Source of the DNA: Balanoglossus misakiensis | Taxonomy: Eukaryota > Animalia > Hemichordata | Assembly (NCBI GenBank): GCA_040954595.2 | Contig: CM082581.2 | Location: 10,167,099-10,231,098, forward strand | Reading direction: 5' to 3' | DNA: 64,000 nucleotides | The notes under the pieces: generated by a model | Seen by the model: the letters and a program-made list of their open reading frames with translations, nothing else | What the model was told of the DNA's origin: nothing | Database searches by the model: none | Made by a program: the position numbers and the translations under genes | In this document: in pieces, positions 52,301 through 64,000 of the stretch | Layout of the letters: every line of letters begins with the position of its first letter | Numbering within the stretch: position 1 is the first letter of the stretch

Positions 52301-55300
52301 GTACCATAAGCTTTCTATTTTCTGATAAACAAATTTTTTGATATTCATATATTTCTTCATGTGCTCACTGATTTGCCAGAAAAGGATAATTTTACCGAGA
52401 TTGGGCGGGGGGGGGGATGGGGGGGGGACAGATGCCAATTGAATTTCGACCTCCCTCTGCTATTAAAGATTCCTATGAAGTCATATTGCACTGTAAACTG
52501 TTGACGGGATTATCTTTATCAAAGGTGGAATTTTCCAAGACGCCAGTGGAGAGATGAATACATGTCAAAATGTCCTTGCGTATTTTGATGGATTGATTTT
52601 TGACAAGCTACACTAGAGCGTTTGTTATGGAATTAAGAGCTTCTTTTTTGGCACATAAATCATGTTGTTATCAGAGCCGTTGATAGGCAGACTGCACTGC
52701 GAGCCGACTTTCTTCACTGACTCAGCCTTGTCCGTGATTCGAGTGACTATGAGCTAATAGGCACTACCATTCCCTATTTATTAACAGTGAGTAGGGCAAT
52801 ATAGTGAGATTGGAAAATTTACACTGCTGTTCATTTACCCAGGACAAGCCATAAAGCTTTGTTGATGGTGCATTTCAGTGGCACTATATGACAGAAAATT
52901 TCCATTTTACAGCGATTCGCACGTGATAACTCACATAAACCCTAACAAAGAACTAGTTTTCTGTTCTTTTGCCCAAAGGGGTGATGGGAATTACTGATGC
53001 TGTCTGGCTATGATGGAAATTGGAAACGACGGCAAAACAAGTGTTTTGGGCTTAGAAGTTCATGGCAAATAGACGTCTGTCCCCAAAAATATAAACTCCA
53101 ACATTTTATTTGTAGGTCATTTCATACCTAATAATTTTCTCTGACAAGTTACTGGAACACCATATTGCAAAAAGGTAATTTATGGCTGCATGCTGATGAC
53201 AATTTTGTTCAGAAGTTGAAAGTGTAGGAATAGCAACACGCATAGCAACCAGACTGAAAGGAGTTCAGCATTGCTAACGCTAACAATCATGCCCCAACAA
53301 ACTTACTACACAAATGTGAGGGTGCTTTCTCCCATAGCATGTTACCATACTCACAATGTAGCAGATAACATTTTTGCAATCTACATGTGAATATTGCATC
53401 AATTTACTTCGGATGTCTGCATGCTTATTAACAACAAAAATTTTACACCAGGATTTTACTTAAACCAGCAGGGTGCAATATGACTGGGTAGGATACGACA
53501 CAGGCATTCAAATAAATGCCACGGGCAGAATGTAAAAAATTTTTTTACTGTTTTCCAGGAGATTTATGTTATCATGGAAAAATAGCCTGTAATTGAAAAA
53601 AACTTTATGGCATAATAAATATATGTGAGTGCACGGCTGTACGTGGAACATATGCTGACTAAATGAAGCGTACAAAAAATATGGAGAACTAGAGCTACGG
53701 TGTACAATTTCCATCTTGTAGAACAAGCGTAAATGACATAACCAAATAATCTGCTGTTTCTGGTCCATTTAGCAAGACTGACATTATGAATATTGCAATT
53801 CATGCTGCCGGTTTTTCCTAATTTCCGAGATGGAGTCTGCCAGACGATGTTAGATTGAGCCGCGTCTACGCTACACTATCTCAGAGTTCTCCTTATTTGG
53901 CATCCAAAGCATGTTGTCTCCGCAACTCGGTCTGATATTTGTAATTGAACGCAATCTGACGGGCGCGGATTTGCACGTCAGCTCTGGGTTCAGCTCGGGC
54001 TTTTCTCTTCATGGTTTGATAATTACCCTCCGACGCTTTTGATTTATCACGCTAGATCAAGAAGCAGACTTCCCAGCCTAGGCTTATGATGAGTTTCCCC
54101 ATTTCACGAGTATTTGGTGAACAGGTGAATCAGGTTTTTCCAGGGAGGAGATAAACCAATGCGTGCCATAGCCAATATTTACACGTACACTGAGATCCTC
54201 TGCAAATGAATCTGGTTCCGAATCCGGCTTTGCTTAATCAAGCGCCGGTACTGTCACTGGAGCAAACAAAGCACAATCGCTCAAGCAGAATTTACAAGTT
54301 GTACAATCTGGGGCATTTATCTCAATATTACTGTCTGCAATAACAATATATGCTGAATTAAAAGGAAATGCATGCTGTTTGACAATCTCCATGGAAACGC
54401 ATACTCTGAACTTTCATGATCACCCAACTCAAAATCTTGAGTTGTTTTTATGAAAAACTAAATTTCGTCGGGCTACAAATGTGCTAATTCCATACCCAAC
54501 ACAGTCAGAGTGAAAGCTGAACAACTGATAAAAAGATTCACCAAATTTATCACACTATATGATACAAACACATGCTGCGAAAAACATGTTGGACTGTAAT
54601 GATCCCAACATGGTTACACCATCAATACTGTTGATTTACGGACAAAATGTTTTCTGCGTGCAGTCGAAAGAGCATGGAAAATGTAGCGATATCAGCTTAT
54701 GTCGATAATTCATTGAAAATTTACAACTACAGAGGTGAGACTTGAGCCCCTGATAAAACTAGATGCTAAAACTGCTATCTGAGCAAAGCGGGGTAATTTA
54801 CGAGCTGAGTAAGTCAGCCATCCCCAGTTTCGAACCAGGTTTCGGTAATGGAGGGGGCTATGGCTGTGAAATCTGAATTGTGCATAATCTCAGCTATGCA
54901 TGCCAAGTGTCTCGTTTTACTTGGCGATTCTTTATGAGTACGAGCTAGAGGGGAGCTGAAAATGAACGCCATAAATAACACATTGCTTACGCACGAGATG
55001 TGTCTACATCCATTGAGAAAGAACAGTCGTACGCGACCACGTTCGCTTTTCGGGAATATTCCGGGTACTGGCTTTTCAGTGATTCTGGACAAAAAAGCAC
55101 CCTTTATTCTGTGTACAAAATGCACCAACTATTAAAACTAACATGCTTCAAACTATTCTCATTCCGTAGTCATTTTCCAGTCTCAGTTGAAAACATTCTC
55201 ACTCCGACGTATACAGTTAATGCATAGTGTGATACTTTGGATGGCCCAACAAATTGCTAAACCCTCTATAAACACGCCAAAAATGCACATTCTCAACCAT

Positions 55301-58300
55301 ACTTGAGATAATTTGCTGTCGCTTAACTGTCAGTTTGGAAGATTATCGGGAACTTTGGAACTCTGGAATGATATGAATAACATAATACGCAGACTCAGAC
55401 ACAACTTTGATTGCAAGAATTTTTTTCCCCCCATTTTAAGTGTCGAGCTGTAAAGCACTGGCCCCTGGATGGAATATATTCAGTGGTGAATACAGCACCT
55501 AATCTAATCAACCAGAGTCACGCAAGAGCTGCCATTTTCCCAGAAACTGATAAAAGTGACACACGCCACAAAGATTTCTTTTCAGTTACGACAATTTGCC
55601 ACAAACATGACAAATCCACGCACAGATCAAACTAGACAGGACTGAGAAATATAAAAGAAAATTTCAACGCTGAAAGATTCTTTTTTTCCTCTACAGCAGC
55701 TGTGTGTTTCTTGAGTGGCCAATGAATGATTCATATTACCATCAATTTACATCGACTATTCATATTCCGCTCGGTGCCCGTAACGGGACAGAGATACGAT
55801 TGATGGCAACTTGACGTGACGAGTCACCAGGTTTTTCTCCCCTGTAACACGGCTAACGTGCGATGTGGTCATTACTATTCCGAGTCCTTCGCGAGCGACA
55901 GTAAATTTCGTCCATTATGTAAAGCTCTATTCTGTGTGCCTGGAATAAGAAACCGGGATTTCAACACGAGTGAAAAAAAAAAATCACATCACTTTGTCTA
56001 TCGTTCTGGTTTGTCTACTTTTCAGAGTGAGTCAATAACCTCAAATGAATGGCTTTTCAGTGAACAGGATATAACCTTAGTGAAAAAAAAAATTCCTTAT
56101 CTTTGAAAATGACAGCAAGAGAAATGCTCCATTGAATGTTTTAGCTCAGCATGGACGGCATTCCATCAATTTGTATCTTTTGAGCCTTTTGGTGTTTTTT
56201 TCATGCGACAGCCAGATTGGCGTTTGTTCGGTGGAAGCGTTTTTTGTGATTGTGAAGAAATAAAACCCAACACGCAGCACCTACTGTGACTGACATCTCT
56301 GTCAGTTGACGTCGCCCGACTAGTGACAGACAGCCTTCCAAACAATGGCCACGCAAGGGCAAGGGTAATTTGTAACTCTTTTTGTATCAGGAAAAAAAAG
56401 GAGGGAGGGCCGACCAAATCTTATCAGCCACTGGCTATATCTACGAACAAAACATCCATGCTTGTTGGCAAATACAATTGAAATCAACAACCACTTCCTT
56501 CGCGCTATTACTTTTGATGACTATTCAACCAATTATTGGTAGGTCGCGCAGTAATTGACGGGTCTGTCTCCAGCGATAACCAGCGCCGAGGATTTTATTC
56601 ATCCTAGACATAACCTGTGGCACCTATACACACGACTTTGAATGCTTCTCGACAAAAAAACATCAATTTCAGAGAAGGGAAGATGTCACCCGTGATGGCC
56701 ATCTTAATACCGTCTTGTTACACGTAATGAATGACTGCCGGATGACATTCATCGCTTAATTCCCCCGAAAGACGTTGGATCCTCATTAGCACCCGTACTG
56801 TCACTCAGTCTTCTTCCCCCTCTAGATTCAGTTGAGACTCATCACTTTACATCAATCCCCCCCCCCCCCCCCCATTGGAGACGTAGTCTTGCTGTCAATT
56901 ACGCAGAGCGCTTAATGCTATAATTTATCGCGACACATATTTCGCTGCTCGGGAATGGGGTTTTAGTGTTTGATGGCCCCCGTAACACAGCTCCGTAATC
57001 GTAAATCTTCGCATACAGTGCTGTTTTCCTGTGATTTTTTACGCAGAATTATTGTGACTTGTTACCTGCTACGAAACACAAATCACTCCGTAATGTTTTC
57101 TGGCCAATATCTTATCATTTGCTTCACAGCTTTCCACTGAAACTGACTGCAGGTCACATACATCATGTATTAAAGCTCCCTGGATGCAACACTATGCACT
57201 CATCAAACAAGTTTTCAATCACAAAAGTTTTAGAAGAGTTCAGGTGTACTACATTTTAGCTGCCTCCCTATACAACTGACAACTCCCAGTAAATAGTCAT
57301 GCACCTGCTTTTTTCCCTTCTTCCCTCTAGTGAGTCAAACCAATTATATCTATAATTTGCTGTTACCAATATTTAAGACATTAAACACAAGTGTTGTTCA
57401 CTTTAAGAATGCCTGAAAATACACGGCCATTCAAATTAGCAATTAAAATGAACAGTTTCAATATCACTCAGTCAGTACCCGGTGCAGTTAGCGTGACACC
57501 ACACAGTAATGATGATGGATTTTTTATTTGACATTTTAATTTGTAATAAATCAATGTGAAATTTGACAGATGAAGAGGGTGAGTGTTCAAACCTGCTGTG
57601 TGTGTGGAATGCGTTTTTAAGTTCCTTTTGACTGCGGCATGAGTCTAACTGTTCTGTTTCTGCTCGTTCTTGCATCGGAGAGGGGAATATGGACAACGTG
57701 AAGAGGCTGACCTCCATTAGAATAATTGCTGTGTTTTGAATCAGCCATGTTGTGGAGTCAGGGCTTTCTTGATCATCAATCGTCTCCATGGCTTCTCTGC
57801 ACGTGAGCCTTTCTTTGATATACTTCACGACAGATTCCGGGGAAACTAGTCGGAAATTGCACGGAGACAAAAAATATGACCAACAGCTACACTCTCAAAT
57901 TCAGTTACAAAGCCACCTTGATTAATCCGGGAATAGGGATATATCAGGAAGGGTTTCTACGGTGATGAATGTGTCTGCCCGGAACAAAAATATGAAAATT
58001 AGCCGGATAACAAAGAAACCTGCTTGATAACAAAGAAGTTTTAACGATGTTCCTGTTTTCCCTGCAAATGAGCTGACGGTAATTGCCGGCACCCAGCCCG
58101 GGCATCATTTTGATTTAATAAATTGATAAGCCCAATTTGGCATTGAGGTAGAAGAGCCCTGATGATGATTGCTGGGACCTGTATATTGACGGGGTCAACA
58201 TCATCAAGCAGGAACAGTCACACAGCCAGGCCGTGCTGTCATCAACTACAGGTAGGATGCAGCCACCCACCTATGACCTACCCACCCACCCTCGCTCCTG

Positions 58301-61300
58301 GGGTCCACGTAAGAGAAAACTGGAGTAAATGACAGCAGAGTGCACTTACACGCAGTTCTGGCATTCTGAGATGAAATTCAAGATTACCAGTTGAGCCATC
58401 CCTGCAGTTAAAGTGCATCCATGATGAGCAGAGATGCAGTCCATGAATATATTACTATGACAACACCTGCACAGTCATCGCCTTGACTTATCATACATGT
58501 ACATGTAAGACAAGGGAAAGCAAAATGTAATCTTTTATTTTGTTTTAATTGAACAGTAACGACGCAATGCATGTCACAGAAGTATATACCATGTTTAATT
58601 GATCTTCAGGTTACAATTGATAATAAAGCCGTTATAGGAAACGTGAACTGCAAATAAAGAGCCAAAAGTTCAGTGCAAAGTATGTGTTCAGCTGTTAAAA
58701 CTTTCCTTTTACCCTCTGAAGAAAAGAAGAGATTAGACAACTCCACAGATCCTGTCCACTGCTGGCATGAGATATAAAGCTTGTTTCTAATCCTCCATTA
58801 GCAGCTAATGCTGCAAGTAACAGAGTGACAACGTCAAATCCTGTTGCATGCTGGGAGTGTGTGGTGGACACTGATGCATGCTGGGAAAGCAGGGCAAAGC
58901 GGAATGTGTCGTAATTTACTCAGAAAGTGGCATGTAGTTAGGGTCAGGAGTCTTTAACAGGTTAGTAAAATAGATCGCATAATGAACAGTTTTTAGCACA
59001 AAATGCCTCACCTCATGTTTGAAGTAATGAGGCGACACTATAAAGGCCGAGACGTAAAAAAAATATGGAATTCGGGTGAAATTGATTTATTTTTATGGGA
59101 TATTCTGCTTGATGCAGATAAGATAATAGCCCTGCAGAGATACTGTCAATGGATATTTTTTTGTATCTTTCCAGGACATCTCACTTCCTGACAGTTTGCC
59201 TGCAATCATCCGGCATCAGACGCGGATCAATCCTGACATGATAAATGAAGCAAATTTGATTCAGTCGGCTGGAAACAGTCTCAAGACGATATTAGACCGT
59301 AGAAGCAATAAAGTATTCACCTGAAATGTTATGAACAAATCACTTTTGATGACACAGTCCCCGTTCAGATCAAAGACACTCTAAACACTGGAACAGGGCA
59401 TGTTCAAAGTCAGTCTTTTATTCAATCTGTATCCCCCGAGTAGATCAGTAGGGACTAAACAAAACTTAATATTCTTGGCTGATAAAATTTCAAGGATGCA
59501 AGATCTTGGCATTTTGCAATCACCTGTCAGAAGGCAACAGGGGGTGCTCAATTTTGAGCCCATATACAATCAATTTTCCACACACAAAAATGTGATATTT
59601 GCTGAAGTCTTTTCATCGTGATTATTTTGACCTGAGGTGATATTTTTAAGCGAGATTCTGTAAACTCCCCTGACCTCTGACATGTAACACCAGCACAGTC
59701 TGGTTTCAACTTGGCTGAGTACGACCGTTCCTCAACCAAAAACATCAGATCTCAGCAAACCCAAAGTGAGTGACTTCTGGATGGTGACAGGCTGTCTGAT
59801 ATCTCGACTCAGCCTGTGAAAAGGGGACAGCTTGTCTGAAATCCAGACTATCTCTGAAACACATGACTGCATGTCTCATCCTTCATCTTGATGTGGCACT
59901 GCTATCTGGACATTTAATCACACGGAGGGACAGGCGGGGAGAAACAGCTCGCTTTACTTCTCTGACAGGCATGACTCATTTTTTTTTGTCTGCAGCCCAT
60001 CCTTGTGATCATGAGGATGAATTCTAGACAAGAGTCACTAGGCCTCTTAAAGTCATTTCTATATTTTCTCCACTGTACTGCAAATCCTTACTTTTCCAGC
60101 GATGGGTTTTTTAATTGGTTGGTCTCAACAGGTACACACAACTGTATATCATCAGTATACTACATACTTTGCATAACAGTCATGGCGGATTTTGATGGAG
60201 TAGAGTGTAGGCCGAACAATTCTGCAAGTATAGTATAACCCAACATTTCTGACCTACAAAAAGATTTCGATCCAACTCCTATAGTAGGATAGAATGACCT
60301 TCCTAAGTACGTCACATATGGGTAGGGTGAGGATGCACCAGATTTCGTCATAACCCTTATTGTACTGTTGTCCATACTCTTCTCTCTCGTTTATTTGGAT
60401 TTGAAAACCGTATTCAAAATCTTGTCTTCTATTTCCCCATTCCTTGAATAGAAAGGTCAAATAAACATCCATACTTGACTGTTTACACTATTTGTACACT
60501 TGGTTTCAATACACATCAGAGTTTGCAATATTTCAACATAATGCATTATCATCACACCCTCCCCCCAGTGACATAAAATGATGCAGATCTGGATAAAGGC
60601 AAGTTTTGCAAGATAATCTCTCATTTTTTAATACACAGCTTCCAAGAGAGCCGAGTCAGTAACCTTCCCATAAATAACAAAAGAATCGTGATGTATGCCA
60701 CTCAAAGAAAAGAAATCCAGATGCATTCTGGGAATTTGGCCTCAAGCGTTCAATATATCAAGCCATTATGCAGCACTCTGTACGTGTAGATCTGCGAGAA
60801 TCGGTACCAAACAGATATAGTATCTCATTTTTGATCCTAATCGATTATAAATATTTCCTGATGAAATATCACTTCTGGTTTCATCACAGATAAAGACCAA
60901 CGGAAAATTTGCTTCTTGTTAGTTTTTGTATCGTTTGTTTTCTTTTTTCATTTAAAAAATTGAATTTATCATTTATCCACGCAGTGTGCCACAAAGAAAT
61001 TTCTCATGACAAAGGTTTATTTCGAGCTTAAGACCCTGACATCTTCAAGGAATATTAGAAACCATGGGCAGGTCATTGAAATCTGTACATGGCACACACA
61101 CCACACACAAAATACAAGCATGACATACAAATGTAGTATCATGATAAATGTCATAACCCAAATATCTTGTATGATAAAACGGAATGTACACATGCCAAAC
61201 ATAATTTATGCATATTTTTGAAATATATTAAATATGAACAGACATATTAATCTCTGTGTGTATGAGTGTGTGAGAGTTTGTATTAATACGGAAAGGGGCC

Positions 61301-64000
61301 TGCAGTAACTAACACTTCATCTATTTTGTCGACTGTTGAAAGACGAGCTTTCACTCCTACATTATTAGGTCCTTTCTTTTTATAGCCGTTGGCCTTGAAG
61401 CTTGATTACTTTACAGCACTTTCAAATTATTTTTACTGCAATGGACATGACAGGTAGGGGCTTGAGGACTTGATGGTATAGAGAGCAAATATTTTCACAA
61501 GTGAAAGTCTTAATATATGTCATTTGAACACAATAAAAATATATTGACAACTTTTTGTAGTGCTCACTGGTAATGGACATGCTTGTCAGCTAAAAAACCA
61601 AAAGCAATTAAATATTAGTGATTTACTATCTGTATAAATTGATCATTTTTTTGTTTGAAAAGTTACATGTATCAGCTGTGGAATTGGAAATGTTTCCTTT
61701 CCCAGTAGTAAATCTTGTGTGATCTGATATGGAAATGAGCTGTACCGGTAACCGGGTATTATACATGACGCGAATTGACATTACACCATGTACCTTGTAT
61801 GAAGTTATAATCCAGTCCTCGCTACAAATCACATGCTTTGATACAGGCATGATTACAATTGTAGTATCCAGATAAATGAAGTTATTCTGCCAATCTGACA
61901 GCAAAATGCCAAGAATTCTGTCAGTTTGGAATATGACAATTGGCATCTGATCTGCTGTGAATCTCCAGAGAGAAATTACAAAAGTGGTAATGACCCGAGT
62001 CGAAATTTCAGTTGAATGAGCTCAATTGATGGGTTTTCCCATGATGTGCTAATTCTAGATATGCTGTTTGCATGTATAAACTCCCCCCTAACGATTTGTG
62101 TCATAATCATTAAACTATAGGTCGCATGTGATAATTTTACTTGAATTTTACATGTCTTTCTATCAAAAATACCTAGTTTTATGCGCTTTATAACTGCATC
62201 AATACTTTGGGCACTACAATTACTGGTTCGTCTGTTGTTGTACATGCATTTTAAACTGGTTCAAGTTTTGACCATGGTAATGTTGGATATATGCTCTAAA
62301 CTTTATGAGAAGTGTGTAAAAATCCCATTAAATGCGAGACTTCAAGAGCAATGTCTTTAATTAAAGAGGAAAATTTAACTCAAGCTGTCAGCACGCGCTG
62401 ATTATCTGCCCCTGAATTGACTCCATTTGAATTTCCAGAAGTCAAAACCGACCAAATTAATTTCTTTCGGGAGGTTCCAGGAAAGGTATCATTATATAAA
62501 ACGAGTCAATTGACGAAATTGCTCTAGGTCACGTCAGGTTGAGCCGAAGAGTTGACCTCTACAGTTTGACATGCAATAAAAGCTATAGGCTAATGCGCTT
62601 CGCTTTAGAGACACCAGGAGAATCAGCGTATCAATTTTTAAAAACTTCGAGGAATATCATTATTTTTTTATCAAATGCGGGTCGTCAGGACCAGATCTCA
62701 ACGGAGTAGATTCATTTGCTGCTTTCAATAGAATCTCGCGAGAAAGTCTTGACGATGATGGATGGATGTACACCTATGTGTATAGTTAACATCCTGAGAG
62801 GGATTTTCCCCGATCCACTAGGGTTCCCACAATGAGGATGCTTGCAAATTGTGCAGACACAATCATTTTCTGTTTGAGGTGGTATTTTTGAGCATTGTAG
62901 CGAGCCACAAGATTTTGCACGGATCAAACCAATGATGTTATTTGTCATTGGTAATTGTCAAGACTTGTTGACTTGAACAGGAGTAAACACAATCATTCCA
63001 AGACTTAAAAATAGTTTGCCAGTTCTCATCATTTTTGTGTATTGACTTGGAAGTTGGTGAGCTACTTTGATCAACTGCAGTAACATACAATTTGTACATG
63101 TACATGTAGTACTTGACCTTTGAACTCTAAGAGGCCTTTCACTTTCCTAACATTTTCTGAAGAGCAGATTTATTTTCCCATGGCACCGACATACTTGTGT
63201 GCGTGCAATATTGCACACTATTCTACAATTGTTTTCTTGAAAAGCGAAAGTTCGCGTGAGTATAATATCTGTAGCAGTTAAGAATGATTCTTGTAACTTC
63301 TGCAACTCAACTCAGGTATTAATCTAGGAAGAAAAACCCTCAGCAAATGTCGAATGGACATTCGAACATTATCCAGGCGGCACCACTTCAAACTAGTAGC
63401 AAAAAACCTCAAACAGTCCACTCAGCGATGTTTGTTGTTTCTTCTTTTGTAAACCTGGCACAATGAGAGCTGACATACTCCTTTCACCGGCCGTCGTTCG
63501 CCCAAAGAAGTGAAATTTGCCCATCTGATTTGAAACGCCCGTTGTTTGACACAAGCAGCTAGCACACAGCTTGGGGAGGCAATTGTCATCGGCTAAGATT
63601 TATAAATATTTACAGTGCTGAGTAAACACCGAAGTTCTGCCAGTAAATAGAAGAACCCACAAGGCCTACCCACTATACAACAATCACAGGAGAGAGTTTC
63701 TACACTCTTCCGAGAGTGGGAAAAATTATCACATTTCCCAAATGGCTTGCAACCACACTGCAGAGAAACCTTTTTCCTGAAACCCATTAGGGGTAAACTT
63801 AACCCGAAGTTGTTTCCTAACTTTCACGCATGCATGGATCTGCTGTATCCAATGACGAGACGTATCGCTAAATTTTCTTTTCTGCTCGGTCGAGGTGGTT
63901 ATTACACGCACCACAGTGAACACAGCACACCGGTCAACCGTGTTGACTCCTTCTGCGCTCGAACCCTGATAAACTTTGACAGAAATAACACCACACACAC
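43366..64000 (-). other. Probable single large intron (>20 kb) of the ADGRA gene
   Basis: An acceptor lies at 43366-43367. No recognisable upstream ADGRA exon or other credible coding sequence was found up to the window end. Confidence 0.6.
48512..48576. repeat. Compound (TG)n/(TGCA)n microsatellite
   Basis: tgtgtgtgtgtatgtgtgtg...tgcatgcatgcatg...; related (CATG)n runs occur at about 39518-39545 and 47206-47226. Confidence 0.7.

Noticed and set aside
52403-52427. G-rich run; also homopolymers at about 1243-1257, 14264-14276 and 56857-56873
   Set aside because: Simple homopolymers. G-quadruplex potential exists but there is no supporting context.
54815-54845. GGTTCGAA B-box-like word suggesting a tRNA or SINE
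   Set aside because: No A box or cloverleaf could be built.
1-64000. Prokaryotic-type systems (CRISPR arrays, operons, defence islands), rRNA/tRNA genes, autonomous transposon ORFs
   Set aside because: None seen. The sequence is spliced animal DNA.

Overview
This is eukaryotic DNA: AT-rich, with spliceosomal introns, from an invertebrate animal (probably a protostome/lophotrochozoan, by inference). The first 44 kb is gene-dense. In order: the 3' end of an unidentified gene (+); RMND5/GID2 (-, 9 exons, 391 aa) head-to-head with an intronless PFDN5 (+); an orphan 3-exon gene that I assembled by hand and that encodes a divergent FCH/F-BAR-like small protein (-); a Sage/Mesp-family bHLH gene (+); KCMF1 (-, 7 exons, with a U12 AT-AC intron next to a GC-AG intron) head-to-head with QDPR (+); and a 5'-partial ADGRA3/GPR125-like adhesion GPCR (-, 16 exons visible). 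The last ~20 kb appears to be one ADGRA intron. The main leads are the FCH-only small protein with an ATGA-overlapping upstream ORF, a candidate alternative last exon and an E-box-rich 3' UTR hairpin in sage, a canonical HL/T GPS site in the ADGRA, and strong TACATGTA enrichment that may mark Tc1/pogo excision scars. All gene models were spliced by eye. No database searches were run.
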